Shown in pieces: positions 10,373-22,372 of a stretch of DNA of 64,000 bases. The position numbers and the translations under genes were made by a program. The stretch spans positions 12,276,001-12,340,000 of the forward strand of contig CM068755.1 in assembly GCA_035084275.1 (NCBI GenBank), given 5' to 3'. The stretch comes from Hydrolagus colliei (lineage: Eukaryota). How positions within the stretch are numbered: the stretch's first letter is position 1; each line of letters opens with the position of its first letter. Below the pieces are notes generated by a model that was not told the origin of the DNA, did no database searches, and saw nothing but the letters and a program-made list of their open reading frames with translations.

Positions 10373-12309
10373 TGTGGGAGTTATTACATTTTCATTTTAT
10401 TATCTGAACCACTGAATTGAACAAATGATTATGATTAAGACTTGATAATTTGGTTAGGATCAGACACAGGTTTCTAGTGGTAAAAAGGGAACAACTCTGC
10501 AGATGTCTTGTGTGTGTACGCCTAAACTGAAAGTATCATGCCTTGTTTCTGTACTTGAATCAGTATCAGAAATCAGTATTGCACTGAATTATGGAGACAA
10601 GAAAATGTACTGCTGCATCTCAAATGTCCTAGTTTCAAATGCTGAGCAGCATTAATGTAGGCATTAATGAATGGAAAAAGTATGTAACAAAAAATAAATG
10701 TATCAGGGTAAGTGAAATCAATAATGCATACATTAAGGAGGATTATATGTATGGGGACAATTTTTCAAATGATACAAATGTGGATGATTAGAATTGATTA
10801 TAACCTAGGAGGTACCTGCAATAAGATCTGGTCTCAAAAGGGATGACCATTACGAGGAAATGGACTCTTTATAGTTAATGCCTAGTGTGTTAATTTGGGA
10901 ATAGCAATGGGTTGGATTATTCATGAAAGGGATTTCCATTGTTTCAGGCTAATTCAAATGGGAACCAAGGTTGTTTTATCCATTCCAAGGGGAACAAGCT
11001 ATGCAATGAATTTGTGAATTAATAAAGCATTGTAATTAATAAAGCATTTCATAACTGTATAGGAGCAATATAAACTGAGGGAATTGTCTGTGTGAGGAAT
11101 TAAACAGTGATTGACTTGACCAATGAAATGCATACAAGTAGTAGAGTAATTTTGATTGTCACTTTGTAATGCTTGAAATTCTGACAAGGACAGAAGAAGA
11201 CCTTGACTTTGTTTAAGTCTACTGTATATTGTTTAATATAAATGAGTCTGCAAATATTCTTCCAACTAGTTCATCATGTAATTCTACATGGAAGGATCTT
11301 TAGAGGTTTCTTCTTCTGTGGATAATCCCCCCAGAGAGAACGTCCAGATGTCTGGAATGTAGATAATCAAGAGTTTTTCCCATGGACAGTCTAGATACTT
11401 ATTATATTCTAATAGCACTATCTCAGCTGTATGTTCCACTAAAACAGTCAATGGAAAGAAAGACACTAAGTAGTCAAGAATGTAATCCCCATTTAAGTGC
11501 TGTGAAACTGTAAGCAAACTCGTAATAAAAATATTGACAGATTTTTCAAACAAATTGGCGTAACATATTGTCCATCACATTAACCTTAATGTTCTAAGCA
11601 TGTACTCAGGCGTATTTTATTGATTGTTAAGTTAATACTTCACTTGTTCCAAACAGCAACTACAGTAATAAGAAATGAAAGAAAAAGGGTGAGTGAGTGA
11701 GTGAGTAGGCATCCAAAGAATTAAAATTGCATGTTCTCAATGATTGTTATATCATTAGAAATATTATCAATTGCGTGTACTAAATCTTTTTGTTAAATCA
11801 TTACAGAATATATTGCCTTCCAAAGTATTTAGTATTTGCATTCAAACATTCAATCATGCAAGGAACTGATGAGCCATCTTTTTAGCATCGTTCAACTACC
11901 AATAAGCATTGGAAGTATAATGAGACCAGAAATGGAATGAAAAGTAACAAATTATGCTTATTTGCTCACCAATTTTGGAAACATTTTAAAGTATAGTTTT
12001 AGTACATGATTATAAGTAATGCCACTTCTACAAGGGCTCCTAGGTGTGAGGATTCAGTGTTTTTTTCACGTGTGTGTACTGTGTAGTAACAATTTGTGGT
12101 CAGATGTAAGGTAAATTCTTCCAGGAACCATTTGAAATCCCTACTCATAGAGGTTGAGCTATATTATCTCACCAGGAATGGTGTATTCCAGTTATTCCTT
12201 CCCTTGTGACAATCATCTTAAACACACTGCATGGTACATTTATAGCATTTTTTACAGTGGATCGTCTCATTTTCCAATGTTTCCTTATAATAGTAGTTCA
12301 ACTTTAGCC

Positions 12310-12560
12310 AGGTGTAAAAATGACGTTATCTATTTCATTGTCAGGATTGTTGCTATGTAAGAGTTGTCAATCAATGACGTGACACTCTAAAATTACATGG
12401 CGGAAGATTATTGCCGTTCCTGGAATCGGATATCAATTAAGATAAGAATTTACAAGTGATCCGTGGTTTGCTTCCTTTAACCCAGCTGCCATATGTTGTA
12501 AATAATTGCACAGTCTAATTACCAACTGAGTTATGTCGTGTGGCTACAACAAAGGTATTG
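12310..12560. promoter_or_regulatory. Candidate enhancer/CNE
   Basis: PBX-MEIS/PREP-like TGTCAATCA next to CRE-like TGACGTGA, RFX-like GTTGCTATG, ETS GGCGGAAG, GATA and SOX (AACAAAG) words, with CpGs retained. Confidence 0.35.
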
Positions 12561-13299
12561 ACCTTTTTTTTAAAACAAAATTCCTTTATGTTCCTCATGC
12601 ACTGAGGAAAAATCCCAAATAATTTAATGTCTCCTGGGTTCTGGAAAGTAACTGATGCTCTAGCGAATTAGGAATTGACTTCCTACTAAAAGTCCAAAGA
12701 ACAATCATCAGTGGGACAAGTGGCAGTGGTCTTTGCCCTTTGAAAATGAGTTGAGACAAAGGCATTGGATAGAACGTGGTTTTCAAAAGACAAATGACCA
12801 CTTGTGATGTAAGAAAAAAAGATGTTATTGACTGCTAACACTCTTGAACCTTGTATTGATCAGCTGCATTGATAGGAGTGTTCAGACACTATTCCATTTA
12901 CACCGGAGTCACTAAGATGAATGGCGGGAATTAATCATGTCATGATACTGCAGTAAGTCCAGCTTGTTATAGAAAAAATATAATGCTCTTACTGTCATGT
13001 TTCATTTGCACTGTACAATTATAACTTTTAATCTCTCAATAGCAATTTTGGTCACCCGTAGACACCCATCCATCAATGCCTGCTTTTTTTTGTTTAGGTA
13101 TTTTATATTGCTTGCTTGCATGACTACTTGGATCAGTATGTTGCACATTGCATTATATATTAAATTATTCCTTATATTGTATGCATAGTCAGTCAAAAGA
13201 AAGCTAGTATTAAACTGGAAGGCTGGCTCCAGTAGGTTCTTTGTCTTTACGAACTGATTCAGTATTCCCAAAATTTCAAACGATGTATAACCTGCTGTC

Positions 13300-13430
13300 A
13301 TACCCCTCTTTCCCAACCTTCCCAGTTCCCCGCTCCCCATGCCCTGGTTGCCCATTCAACTGTGTAAAGGGCTTTGAAATGTCCTCCCAATGTGAAAGCC
13401 GCTATATAAATGGAAATTGTAGTTGTTGTT
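13300..13430 (+). mobile_element. L2 3' end fragment
   Basis: C-rich UTR followed by CTTTGAAATGTCCTCCCAATGTGAAAGCCGCTATATAAATG..(GTT)n. Confidence 0.75.
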
Positions 13431-14589
13431 GGGACCCAAAACTCTTAAATGCACAGAGGAACTCAAGCTGAAATCTGACTAAAAGACCAAGAATGTTCAA
13501 AGCCCGTTCATACTGTGAAATGCCGGAAAAAAAAACCTGCTGCTGTTTGTTTCTGAGCACAATGAGTGTGTCCATTCTGAACTTCATTCCACACTCCTAC
13601 TAGAATGGTTAATCGCAGAGAGAGGAGGGTTGAAATGAAAGGAGTCATTTTCTGAAAAAAAATTAGGCTACCAGAGGTGATTCCATTTACCATTGTCCAC
13701 ATGGCATCCCCTCTGACTAATCCTAGGAAGCACAAAGGACCAAAAGAAATATAGTTCAACAAACTGGAAAAACCTTGTTACTGAGAGGCAATTAAATTAA
13801 CATTTTCATCATAGCATTAACTTGGCAGAAAGAACTCTTGCTTGGTCACTGTAGGTGTTTTCTTTATTTAAGCAACAAGAGGGAATAAGTTTCTTGATGT
13901 TGACTGTCAGGGCCTTAAATGCGATAATTTTTTGTGCAAGTTGCACAGCTCTGGAACACACAGAGGCACAGCAGTCTCTGGTCTATAGCAGCGGTGTGTG
14001 TTTTGCAGGCATTGAAGCTGCCTTGATTTACAGGAGGTATTGTTCAGAAGGGTAATAATCCTCAGCATGTGAGCTAGGAGCACTCTCTTCCCCTCCCACA
14101 CACATACGCTTGCAACTCACATGCCAGCAAGCAGGCCTGGAAGGTAATAACAATCTGGTTGAATGCTATCTTTATCAAATTGAAAGTTTTGGTGTTTGGT
14201 GGCAAAACAGCTTCACAATGTGAAAAAGACCGAAACAAAACAGTACTGAAAGCACTAGAGAGGGACCACATGATTGGGCTCAGAAGTGGAACTCCTTGTT
14301 CTTAAGTGGGTGATTGAGCCCAATTTGGCCTTAGCTGCCATATTATTTCAGTGCTGAATTCAGCTTTAATTAAAGATAAAGCTGTATTGATGAATTTGGT
14401 AGATTCTCAAGATTGTGCTAAATCTAAGCAAAATGCTATGCATCAAAACAATACAGAATGTCAGAGTTGGGTAAACCCTCGGTGATGGTTTTAGTAGTCC
14501 AGCTCCTAAACTAGTATTCCAGAGCACTGCTTATGATGGACCAGTCTGATGATGGATGTCTATTGGCAGGATTTGGAGGAGCAAACTGG

Positions 14590-14640
14590 GAACAGGGATT
14601 CTTCCCAATTGGCTCCCGGTTAACCCTGCAAGCCGAAGCC
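14590..14640. repeat. Unclassified interspersed repeat, copy 1 (copy 2 at 56408-56453)
   Basis: GGATTCTTCCCA..GTTAACCCTGCAA is shared with the same spacing at both loci. Confidence 0.55.
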
Positions 14641-16002
14641 TTACTGGTTCTCCTAGCTAAATAGGCAGAACAAAGATTTCAAGATAGTGCTCTCAACAAT
14701 AAGCTATGCAGTTTTAGTTGGTTAATCTTCAGCAACTACCCTCAATGCGCACTCTGGGGTGACTGAGCCTTCACTCTTGCAAATCTGCACTCTAGAACTC
14801 TCCAGAATCAGGTAAGCAGAGAATATTGCTCCTGGACAACAGTATGTATTCCATTTCAGATACAGAGAAATTTCCACGTGGAGGGGCTGTACATATGTGG
14901 AACTCTCAGTCTGGTTTAGATACTGTTAAGTGTGGTGATGGTTTTCTGCATGTGTCATACACCCGGCTGACACCACTGCCCTCCCAAAAAAAAATTGTGC
15001 TGATGTTAATGTTTTGCATCTTTTCCTTTGTTCAATGACTGCTTGCACCTGCATTTGCCATGTACCTGATATTCATATGTATAATTTGTGCTGACACTGA
15101 AACTCAGTGCCATTGCCCTTTAGTGCCTAGCATTCCTGATTTTATTAAGTACAGATTTCACCTGGTTTGAATCAAACATAAACCCTATGTAAAGCATGGA
15201 TTACAATCAACAGACCAGAGTGCTTCACAACAGCTGAATACTATTTCTTCAGAGAACTCTTAAGATCAGAAGGCAAGGGAAAAAACAATCAGCAAGTTCA
15301 TCAGCCATGTTTGCTTTGCTGAGATTGTCAGGTTGATAAGTCTACCAGCGATTTAGATTGTTTTTTATTGAAAAAATCAGGTGTCGCCTGCTCAGGTTCA
15401 GTGAATTTATCCAGTAAGTAGCTGAGTCATACAGGTTGGAATATTTCATGTCTATGCTTGTATATGATCTTGAATAACTGGTAGAACTAGTGTGACGATT
15501 GGCCACATTGCCCAGATTAAAGAAGGAAATATCAAGTAGGCCCTTGCCCCATACTCTCCTGCCCAACCTATTCTGATTGTTCATCTGCAACCCATTGCAA
15601 AGGTGCTGGATTTTGTGTGTTTATGCTAGGTGAGAACAGATCAAGTTTGTCTGTCCTTCACACCCTGTTGAGTGGCCTGTCCTATTCTGTGAAAAAATAT
15701 AATACTGCACTTTTGGCCTCTTGATACACAATTAAATGATGAAGATTGTGTTTTAGGTCTGTCAAAGCAAACTGCAAATCTATCGCTGTGTTCAACAATA
15801 CGAGTGGGTGTGGTAGATCTGCCATTTGACTGATTAAATGTGTTTACAATGGAAGCAACAGGAGTAGTCTCTGACTGCAAGTGTTCTAAGGAGCAGAAAT
15901 TCCACTGGTCAAATTCAGTGACCATGCCAGAGCACATCTATGATGAGGAAAGCACCATTGCATAGGCACACCAGCCATAATCCCTTGAAGGACATAACAA
16001 TA

Positions 16003-16105
16003 CTAATAATTAATCCTTTGATTTGAAACAACATCTTTCACACCAGGATGATGTCTCAAAGTGATTTATTGAACAGTGTAGCTAACGTGTATTTGTAGGC
16101 AAATT
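16003..16105 (-). mobile_element. SINE 3' tail fragment
   Basis: CTTTCACACCAGGATGATGTCTCAAAGTG..GTATTTGTAGGC. Confidence 0.6.
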
Positions 16106-16307
16106 TATCCCTTTCAATTAAACCGTTTTGCATGTTCACTTTCAGGATTAGATGAATGGTACCAATTTCAATTCAAAGAACATTACTGTACTACCTAAGG
16201 AGGACGTTGTTTTCAATTCAGAATGGGTTATATGAAAAAGAGGAATAAATTAACACTGCATGGTACTTTTACAATTTAATCCAGTCAGGTGAAATGTTGG
16301 TGTGTGA

Positions 16308-16600
16308 AACAACAACAAAATTACACTTGTATAACATTTTTCATATCACGAGGATATCCAATGTGCTGGACACTCATTGTTTCAGAGCTGGGGTTGGGTT
16401 TGTGGAGGGAAAGGGCGGGATTTGGGGTGACCGATAGGACCGTCGTAGAGGAGGGTTTTGCGGTGGAACATGAAGGCAGCCAGGGAGGGGGTGAAGCGTA
16501 GGGACTGTGGGATGGAGTTCCAGATTTTGAGGGCAAAGTGGCTGAAAGATCACCTGCCAATGGTGAGGCGAAGGCAGAGCAGGTCATTGTTTGGATGTGG
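16308..16600 (-). mobile_element. L2 LINE 3' end
   Basis: (AAC)n tail. GGAGTTCCAGA..GTGGCTGAAAGATCACCTGCCAATGG on the plus strand encodes a decayed IGR.SFSH.A..IWNS.P L2 ORF2 end on the minus strand. Paralogous to 22109-22372. Confidence 0.8.
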
Positions 16601-17689
16601 GGAGAAAAGAGTTGTGGATCTAACAAGAGACATCACAATGATATTGTAAGACACTACTTCAAATACAAGGATAATTATTTTAAAAAATTGGTGGTGAGAC
16701 GTCTGTTCTGTGATACACATTGACATCCTCCTGACGTGAAAGATGTTACACTAAATGCAAAGATTATTGGTGTAAAGATGTTTCATTAGTGCTGTATTTA
16801 TTTATATTATAATATCATAAGCTTTAAATCAGATTTTATTTTCTTTCCGAAGCAGTGGGTTAGATGAGATGTGTTTTTGTATTTCACATGGAACCAGTTC
16901 AAAGTTTGTCTTGCTCTCTCACATCTAGACTTCAGGTCACATTTGTTCTACATACATGCCTCACGCCTTGAGTTCATGAGAGACACAACTGTTTGTTTCA
17001 GAGTTGCACATGATCAAAAAAATTAATCACTGTCCCTCAGGCCACGTGACGTGTATAAATGGTGTTCCGCCCAGCTGTTGTTTATGTCTATGAAAAATGA
17101 TCTTTTACTTCAGGGACCAGGCTGCCTTTCCAGTTATCTTTACAATTGCTGTCCAATGACTTTCCTGAGCTGGAGCTATGTTGAAATCAGTCTGTCTTAG
17201 AACTTAGAATGTCATAAGTACAATCTATTATACTCAGTGACCTTGAATTAGGTGGTATCAGTCAGCCATGTGTGTTGTCTTAGAAGCTGATGGTCATCCA
17301 TCCGTTTATTGTCAGTCCCAAGTATTATCATAGTCATTTCGTACTACTAAGCAACAGCTTCTCGTTGACAGATTAATGTTTTCTGTACTCGCATATTCTC
17401 TGATAGATTGCATGTGGCAAACGTCAATATGCTTGGCTTAAACGGTTTGCAATATCGTATAGATTCTTTTTTAAAAAAAAGGAAAGAGAACTAGGATATT
17501 GCGGGAAACAAAACAGAAGTGCAGAGTTCTGTGCAACACTTCTAACAATCTTGCACATTGCCCATGTCTACAGGAGAGAATGCGCATTCCATTCGATCTA
17601 TCTATCTCTGGAATCTCCATTTGTAGGTGGGATGCATAGAATTCTCAGTTTGATTTGGATACTCTTGTGCATGGTGATTGTTTTCCATG

Positions 17690-17850
17690 TGTCGGACACC
17701 TATCTGCTCCCCCTATTTAGCACCATCTGCAAACCTACCAACCTTTTTGATCCCTTCGTTCAGCGTGCACTGCTGCAAAACAAGCAGTGCACTGCTGCTC
17801 CCTGTCCCCCTATCAGTTGGCGAATGGGCTTTCAGCCACTGTGTCCCCAT
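17690..17850 (+). mobile_element. L2 ORF2 3' remnant
   Basis: Translation SPYLAPSA...LLLPVPLSVGEWAFSHCVP matches the L2 pattern PPYL..LL..P...VG.RAFS..AP. Confidence 0.6.
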
Positions 17851-18539
17851 TCTCCTGTAATGTATTGTATACAAATTGCTCTTGGGAGTAAAACATAAAT
17901 GCAATCATGAAACCAATTTGCAATTGCCAATTAAAAAGTTTAAAATATCTTGTAACAACAGAAAAAGCTAAAATGATAGATTATTGTTGACAATTTATTT
18001 TTGTATAATTAATATCATATCTAGTGCTGCTCAGTTTTTCCTGCTGTTAAAAAAAAACGTTTTTTTTTCCCGGGTGTAATCCTTTTGAAGTATGCACCGA
18101 AGTGAAAATTGTATTCCCACTGTGCCAGACATATAACAATATCAACATAGCTTTAGTGAAACAGCAGTAACTAATCTAACCATTTATTATCATCACACAC
18201 AGGATGCTACTTCCTAGTTGAAATTAAATATTAAATGGAATAGCCAGTATTTTACTGTATCCCACAGCTGGGTTTTGTGTCACAGTGTGCTCTGCTTAAT
18301 ATGATCAGTGTAAATAGTCAAAGCCAAAGCTAATTTTGCACGTACCTAGGTCAGGCAATAGCTGCTCTTTTATGGCCACTTAAGTCATCCAACTTCAAAG
18401 CAAGAGATGAACAGACCTCAAGAAGTTGTTTCAAAGCTAACAGATTAATTCCAGAAAAAAAATCTGGTTGAACTGTGTAGTATCGATGTTCAGCTGAAAG
18501 ACTGTGGTCAAAATACATCAATCACAGAACACTGGGCTA

Positions 18540-18820
18540 TCTGGTGACAGCTGGCGTTCTGCTGTTTGTAAAAGTCCTTTTACAACATACAGCTTCTCAT
18601 TTCTACACACTATCAAAGTAATTAGCTGCCAAACAGTATGATGTACACCACAGAGTACCAGTGCCGTTGTGGATTAAAGTAGATGTCTCATCTGACACAT
18701 CTGGGCACGGAAACTAATCACAACAGCTGCTTCTGCCCATATGGAAGCAGGGCTGGTGTTATGGAGTGCTGAGTCTGAGCAATACCAACTCATGGCAAAT
18801 TATCCACCATTAATCCAAGG
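18540..18820. promoter_or_regulatory. bHLH E-box plus K50-homeodomain cluster, candidate neural/retinal enhancer
   Basis: CAGCTG 18548, CATCTG 18689 and 18698, CAGCTG 18724, CATATG 18738; GGATTA 18671, TAATCC 18811. Confidence 0.4.
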
Positions 18821-19319
18821 ATCTGACCACCATAGCTGCAAACTGTATTCTAAACATCTGTATGCGATAAAAAGGCACATTCCAGAATGTACGGAAATCA
18901 AATGAGATGGTATTTTATCCAGCCATACTGCCAATATTGGTTGTAAACTTATTTCAATCAAAACCTGCTGAGGGTTCATTTTAACATGTGTAAAATTGTA
19001 TTTAGCCAACATGACTATGTTCCGAATACATGTACGAGAATTGTACTTTTCTGTAGAACACTAGCTAAAACAGGACACAAATTTATCGAGCATGTTACCA
19101 ATTCCTAGATTGTTTAATAGAATTGTAAACTATTAATCTTCATAATCTGTCTCCTACTTTCATTTTATACCATTCTGAATGGCTTTTCCCATTTTCTGCA
19201 TTATTTACATAACATTTATTCTGTTGGCATCTTGTTATCCTTATTCAGAAAGTCTATTTTCAGAATTCAAACAAGTGGGTTACAATCCTTATGGAAAATG
19301 ATAAGCAATACGTTCTATT

Positions 19320-19372
19320 AAATTCCATTAAAGGTTAAAGTGCTGTATGCACTTTAACCTTTAATGGAATTT
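19320..19372. repeat. Perfect inverted repeat, 24-bp arms with 5-nt spacer
   Basis: AAATTCCATTAAAGGTTAAAGTGC-TGTAT-GCACTTTAACCTTTAATGGAATTT; the arms are exact reverse complements. Confidence 0.95.
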
Positions 19373-20599
19373 CTGACCAATTGATGGACCTTGAGTGAAC
19401 GTGGGTTATCGTAAGAATTGTTTTCATTCTTTAGGCCTTGTGTATAAAATCCTAAATTGAATCAATAGAGAAAAAAACAGCAAGCATGGTCACTAATCTT
19501 TTCCAGAACTCCAAATCAATAATCTGCTTCAGCTAAATTTAACTTTATTTTCATTTCAATCATTGTCATAATAGTCAGGGTAAATATTTACCAAAAATAG
19601 TACAGGTCCTCAACTTCAATATTTAATTCAACAGATAATTTTAAAAAGTTACTGTGATATTTGAAGACTCCTTATTGTATCTTGGACGTGTTGAAATAAC
19701 AAGCAGCAGGAGAGCAGTTTGTTGTGTGACTTATTTAATGACCTAAAGGATACTGAAATAAATCACTAATATTCCCCAAACTGTCCTTTTAAAGCAAGGT
19801 GAAAAATTGATGGTTTCATTACCCAAAGCAATGGGATTTCTGGGCGATGTTCTATGCAATGAACAATAACCACCTATGATATGATAAATCAGACGAAGCA
19901 AATAGCTTTAGCATAGAACGTTCCCACGTTTGTATCTTTTTTAAGGTTATAGATGATCAGGTAACATTTAAAAGTTTTGTACAGCCTAACAGACAACATT
20001 GCTTTTGTGTTAGTAGTGTGATTCAAAAAATCGGTTCTGGGAAAAAATAATTTGGGTGGAGGGGTGCTGGGAGTGGGCGGCGCGGTTTTAAAACCTCATT
20101 TATAATAAAAATGTAATTGTCTACAGCTGTAATCAATTTATGTTTGATTAATCAACTAATTGTAGCTCCCTCGATACATTTGGTTATATATGAGACTGTC
20201 AGCCAGACTTAGAGGGGTGGAGCTCTGATACCCCTCCATCCCCCTTTCTTATTGGGAAACTGAACGGCTACTGAAGGCATTTAAATTGAATCAATATTCC
20301 ATGTATGCCAGTGGCATTTCAGGCATATATTTTTAGTTTATTTTAAATGCAATTTGCACTCGCACACAATGTTGCAGACAACATCAGTGAAATGATTAAT
20401 ATAATATTTGACGTAATAGAACACCTGATCCTGCATCTCAAGAAACCGTAACAGAACAAGTTGACTTCTGAAGCTGTGGCCCTCTTTAAAGTGGACATCC
20501 ACTGTCAGGTACTTTACAGAAAAGAAAGTGTTAAGTATTTTACAGAAAGAATGAGTTATACAAATTTCGAACAAAGTACATAGAAACAGAAGAGGGCAA

Positions 20600-20902
20600 T
20601 GGCGTGAGATAAAGCATTCTCCCTGATGCTAACTGCAGTGCAGATCCCAAATAACAAGCATAAACATAAGATAGCTTGTAGAAGAAGTAAAAGGGAGCTT
20701 AGGAAGACCCTCATTACGTACAGGGTGGTGAGAATGTCGAACTTGCTGTCAGAAACTGTGAAAGAAACAAAATACATTAACACATTTAAGAGGAAGCTTG
20801 AGGCATACATGAGGGAGAAGGGAATAGAGGGGTACAAGAGAGGTGGAGGATTGAGAAGAGTTGCACCAAATGGTCTGTTTTCATGCCATGTAATTCTATG
20901 TA
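20600..20902 (+). mobile_element. CR1 LINE 3' end
   Basis: ORF track gives HKHKI..RELRK..TYRVVRMSNLLSETV..INTFKRKLEAYMREKGIEGY (CR1 ORF2 C-terminus), followed by the AATGGTCTGTTT..TAATTCTATG tail. Confidence 0.85.
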
Positions 20903-21007
20903 CAGTAATAACTTAATAATTAATTTTAATTATAATTTGACAAAGAAAATAACAATACTATTCTTGCAAAGCCTCAATAAATACATGGATTTACCTTTCT
21001 GAATATG

Positions 21008-21074
21008 AAACAACAACAACAAAATTACATTGGTATGGCACCTTTCTTGTTGGGAGGACGTCCCAAGGCACTGG
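21008..21074 (-). mobile_element. L2 3' tail fragment
   Basis: (AAC)n-AAAATTACATT..CCTTTC..GGGAGGACGTCCCAAGGC. Confidence 0.75.
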
Positions 21075-21712
21075 AAACATTACTAAAAGGTTCAAATTCA
21101 CCAATTATTTCTTTATTCAAGAGAAAACACGTTTACAATTTTTTTTGGGGGAACTTATGTGGTTTTTACGTCTATATAATTTTTCATTTGGTAGCCTGAG
21201 GTACAAAGTATGTTAGCATAACATTTGATCAATGGCCATCAAACGGTTCCTGCAGCAAAGAAAAACCAGACAATCTCGGCAGAACTCTTATTTAAAGGTC
21301 ATCATTACCATGATGGTTTAGAGGATACAAAACTATTTCCTGTTAAAGATGCTTTAGTTGAAATTTCTTGAGGCTAGACTATACACATACTATCGTATGT
21401 CATTATTGTATATCTTCAAAACACATTTTTTAAATCACACCTAATGACATTTGAGTCAAGTCAAATATCAGGGCAATTGAGGCGATTGCACTTGCAATGA
21501 ATTGTTAGCAATTTTCTTCAGGTTATACTTTGACAAGAATCTGTGTTCTGTGGTAGCTTCAGGAAGACATTGTCAATGGACCATTGCAGCGACACCCCAG
21601 TAACTAGTTATTGGGTGGTGACGCTGAATGGATAATGATGCTTTTTATATTTTCTGATGAGTTGTGTTCATGGGGGATATCACACAAATAGTAATCTAAA
21701 CATTGTGGCTAT

Positions 21713-21865
21713 GGAGTCTCGTGGCATAGTTGTTAGTGCACATGCTTCGAAATCGAGGGGACCTGGGGTGATTCCCAGGTGAGGCAAAACCTTAGCAAGT
21801 TTCCTTACTCCGCGTGCTTCTGTTTACCTAGCAGTCGATTGGGGGCAATAATCCCTCCAAAAAAA
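21713..21865 (+). mobile_element. tRNA-headed SINE, 5' part
   Basis: GGAGTCTCGTGGCATAGTTGTTAGTGC..GACCTGGGGTGATTCCC..GCAAGTTTCCTTACTCC..AATAATCCC, homologous to the head at 34951. Confidence 0.75.
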
Positions 21866-21869
21866 TTAA

Positions 21870-21963
21870 GAAACTCCCTTCTCTTTTCAAATAGCGCCAG
21901 GGGACCTTTATCATCTGCCTCAACACGCAGACAGGATCTCAGTTTAACATCTAATCCAAATGA
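21870..21963 (-). mobile_element. Deu-domain SINE core fragment
   Basis: AACTCCCTTCTCTTTTCAAATAGCGCCAGGGGACCTTTA..CAGACAGGATCTCAGTTTAACATCT is the reverse complement of the Deu core at 29968-30080. Confidence 0.75.
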
Positions 21964-22108
21964 TAATTTGATTTATTTCTGAAATGTGATCTTTGCTTTT
22001 GGAGTTATTTTCATCTCTTTTTCTCTTTATTACACAACCTTGAAAAAATGTTTTGCCACCAGTATATTGACTAATGGAATTGGATGGGGAGCAGAACATT
22101 TTTTTTCA

Positions 22109-22372
22109 AAAAACAACAAAATTACACTTGTATAGCACCTTTCATGCCAAGAGGACATCCTAAGGCGCTGGACAGTCATTGTTTCTAATCCAAGCTGGGG
22201 TCGGGGACAGGGAGGGTGGAGGGAAAGGTGGGGGATTTGGGGTGAATGATGGTACCGTGGAAGAGCAGGGTCTTGAGGCAAGACTTGAAGGAGGTCAGGG
22301 AGGATGCAAGGCGGAGGGACTGTGGGATGGAGTTCCAGAGGTTGGGGCAGAGAGGCTGAAGGCTCGCCGATC
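22109..22372 (-). mobile_element. L2 LINE 3' end (well preserved)
   Basis: Minus-strand ORF PNLWNSIPQSLRLASSLTSFKSCLKTLLF is the canonical L2 ORF2 C-terminus, followed by the UTR and (GTT)n tail. Confidence 0.9.

Noticed and set aside
17765-17792. Hairpin GTGCACTGCT-N8-AGCAGTGCAC as a structured RNA or terminator
   Set aside because: A 10-bp stem inside a decayed L2 fragment, probably a local inverted duplication. Bacterial-type terminators are irrelevant here.
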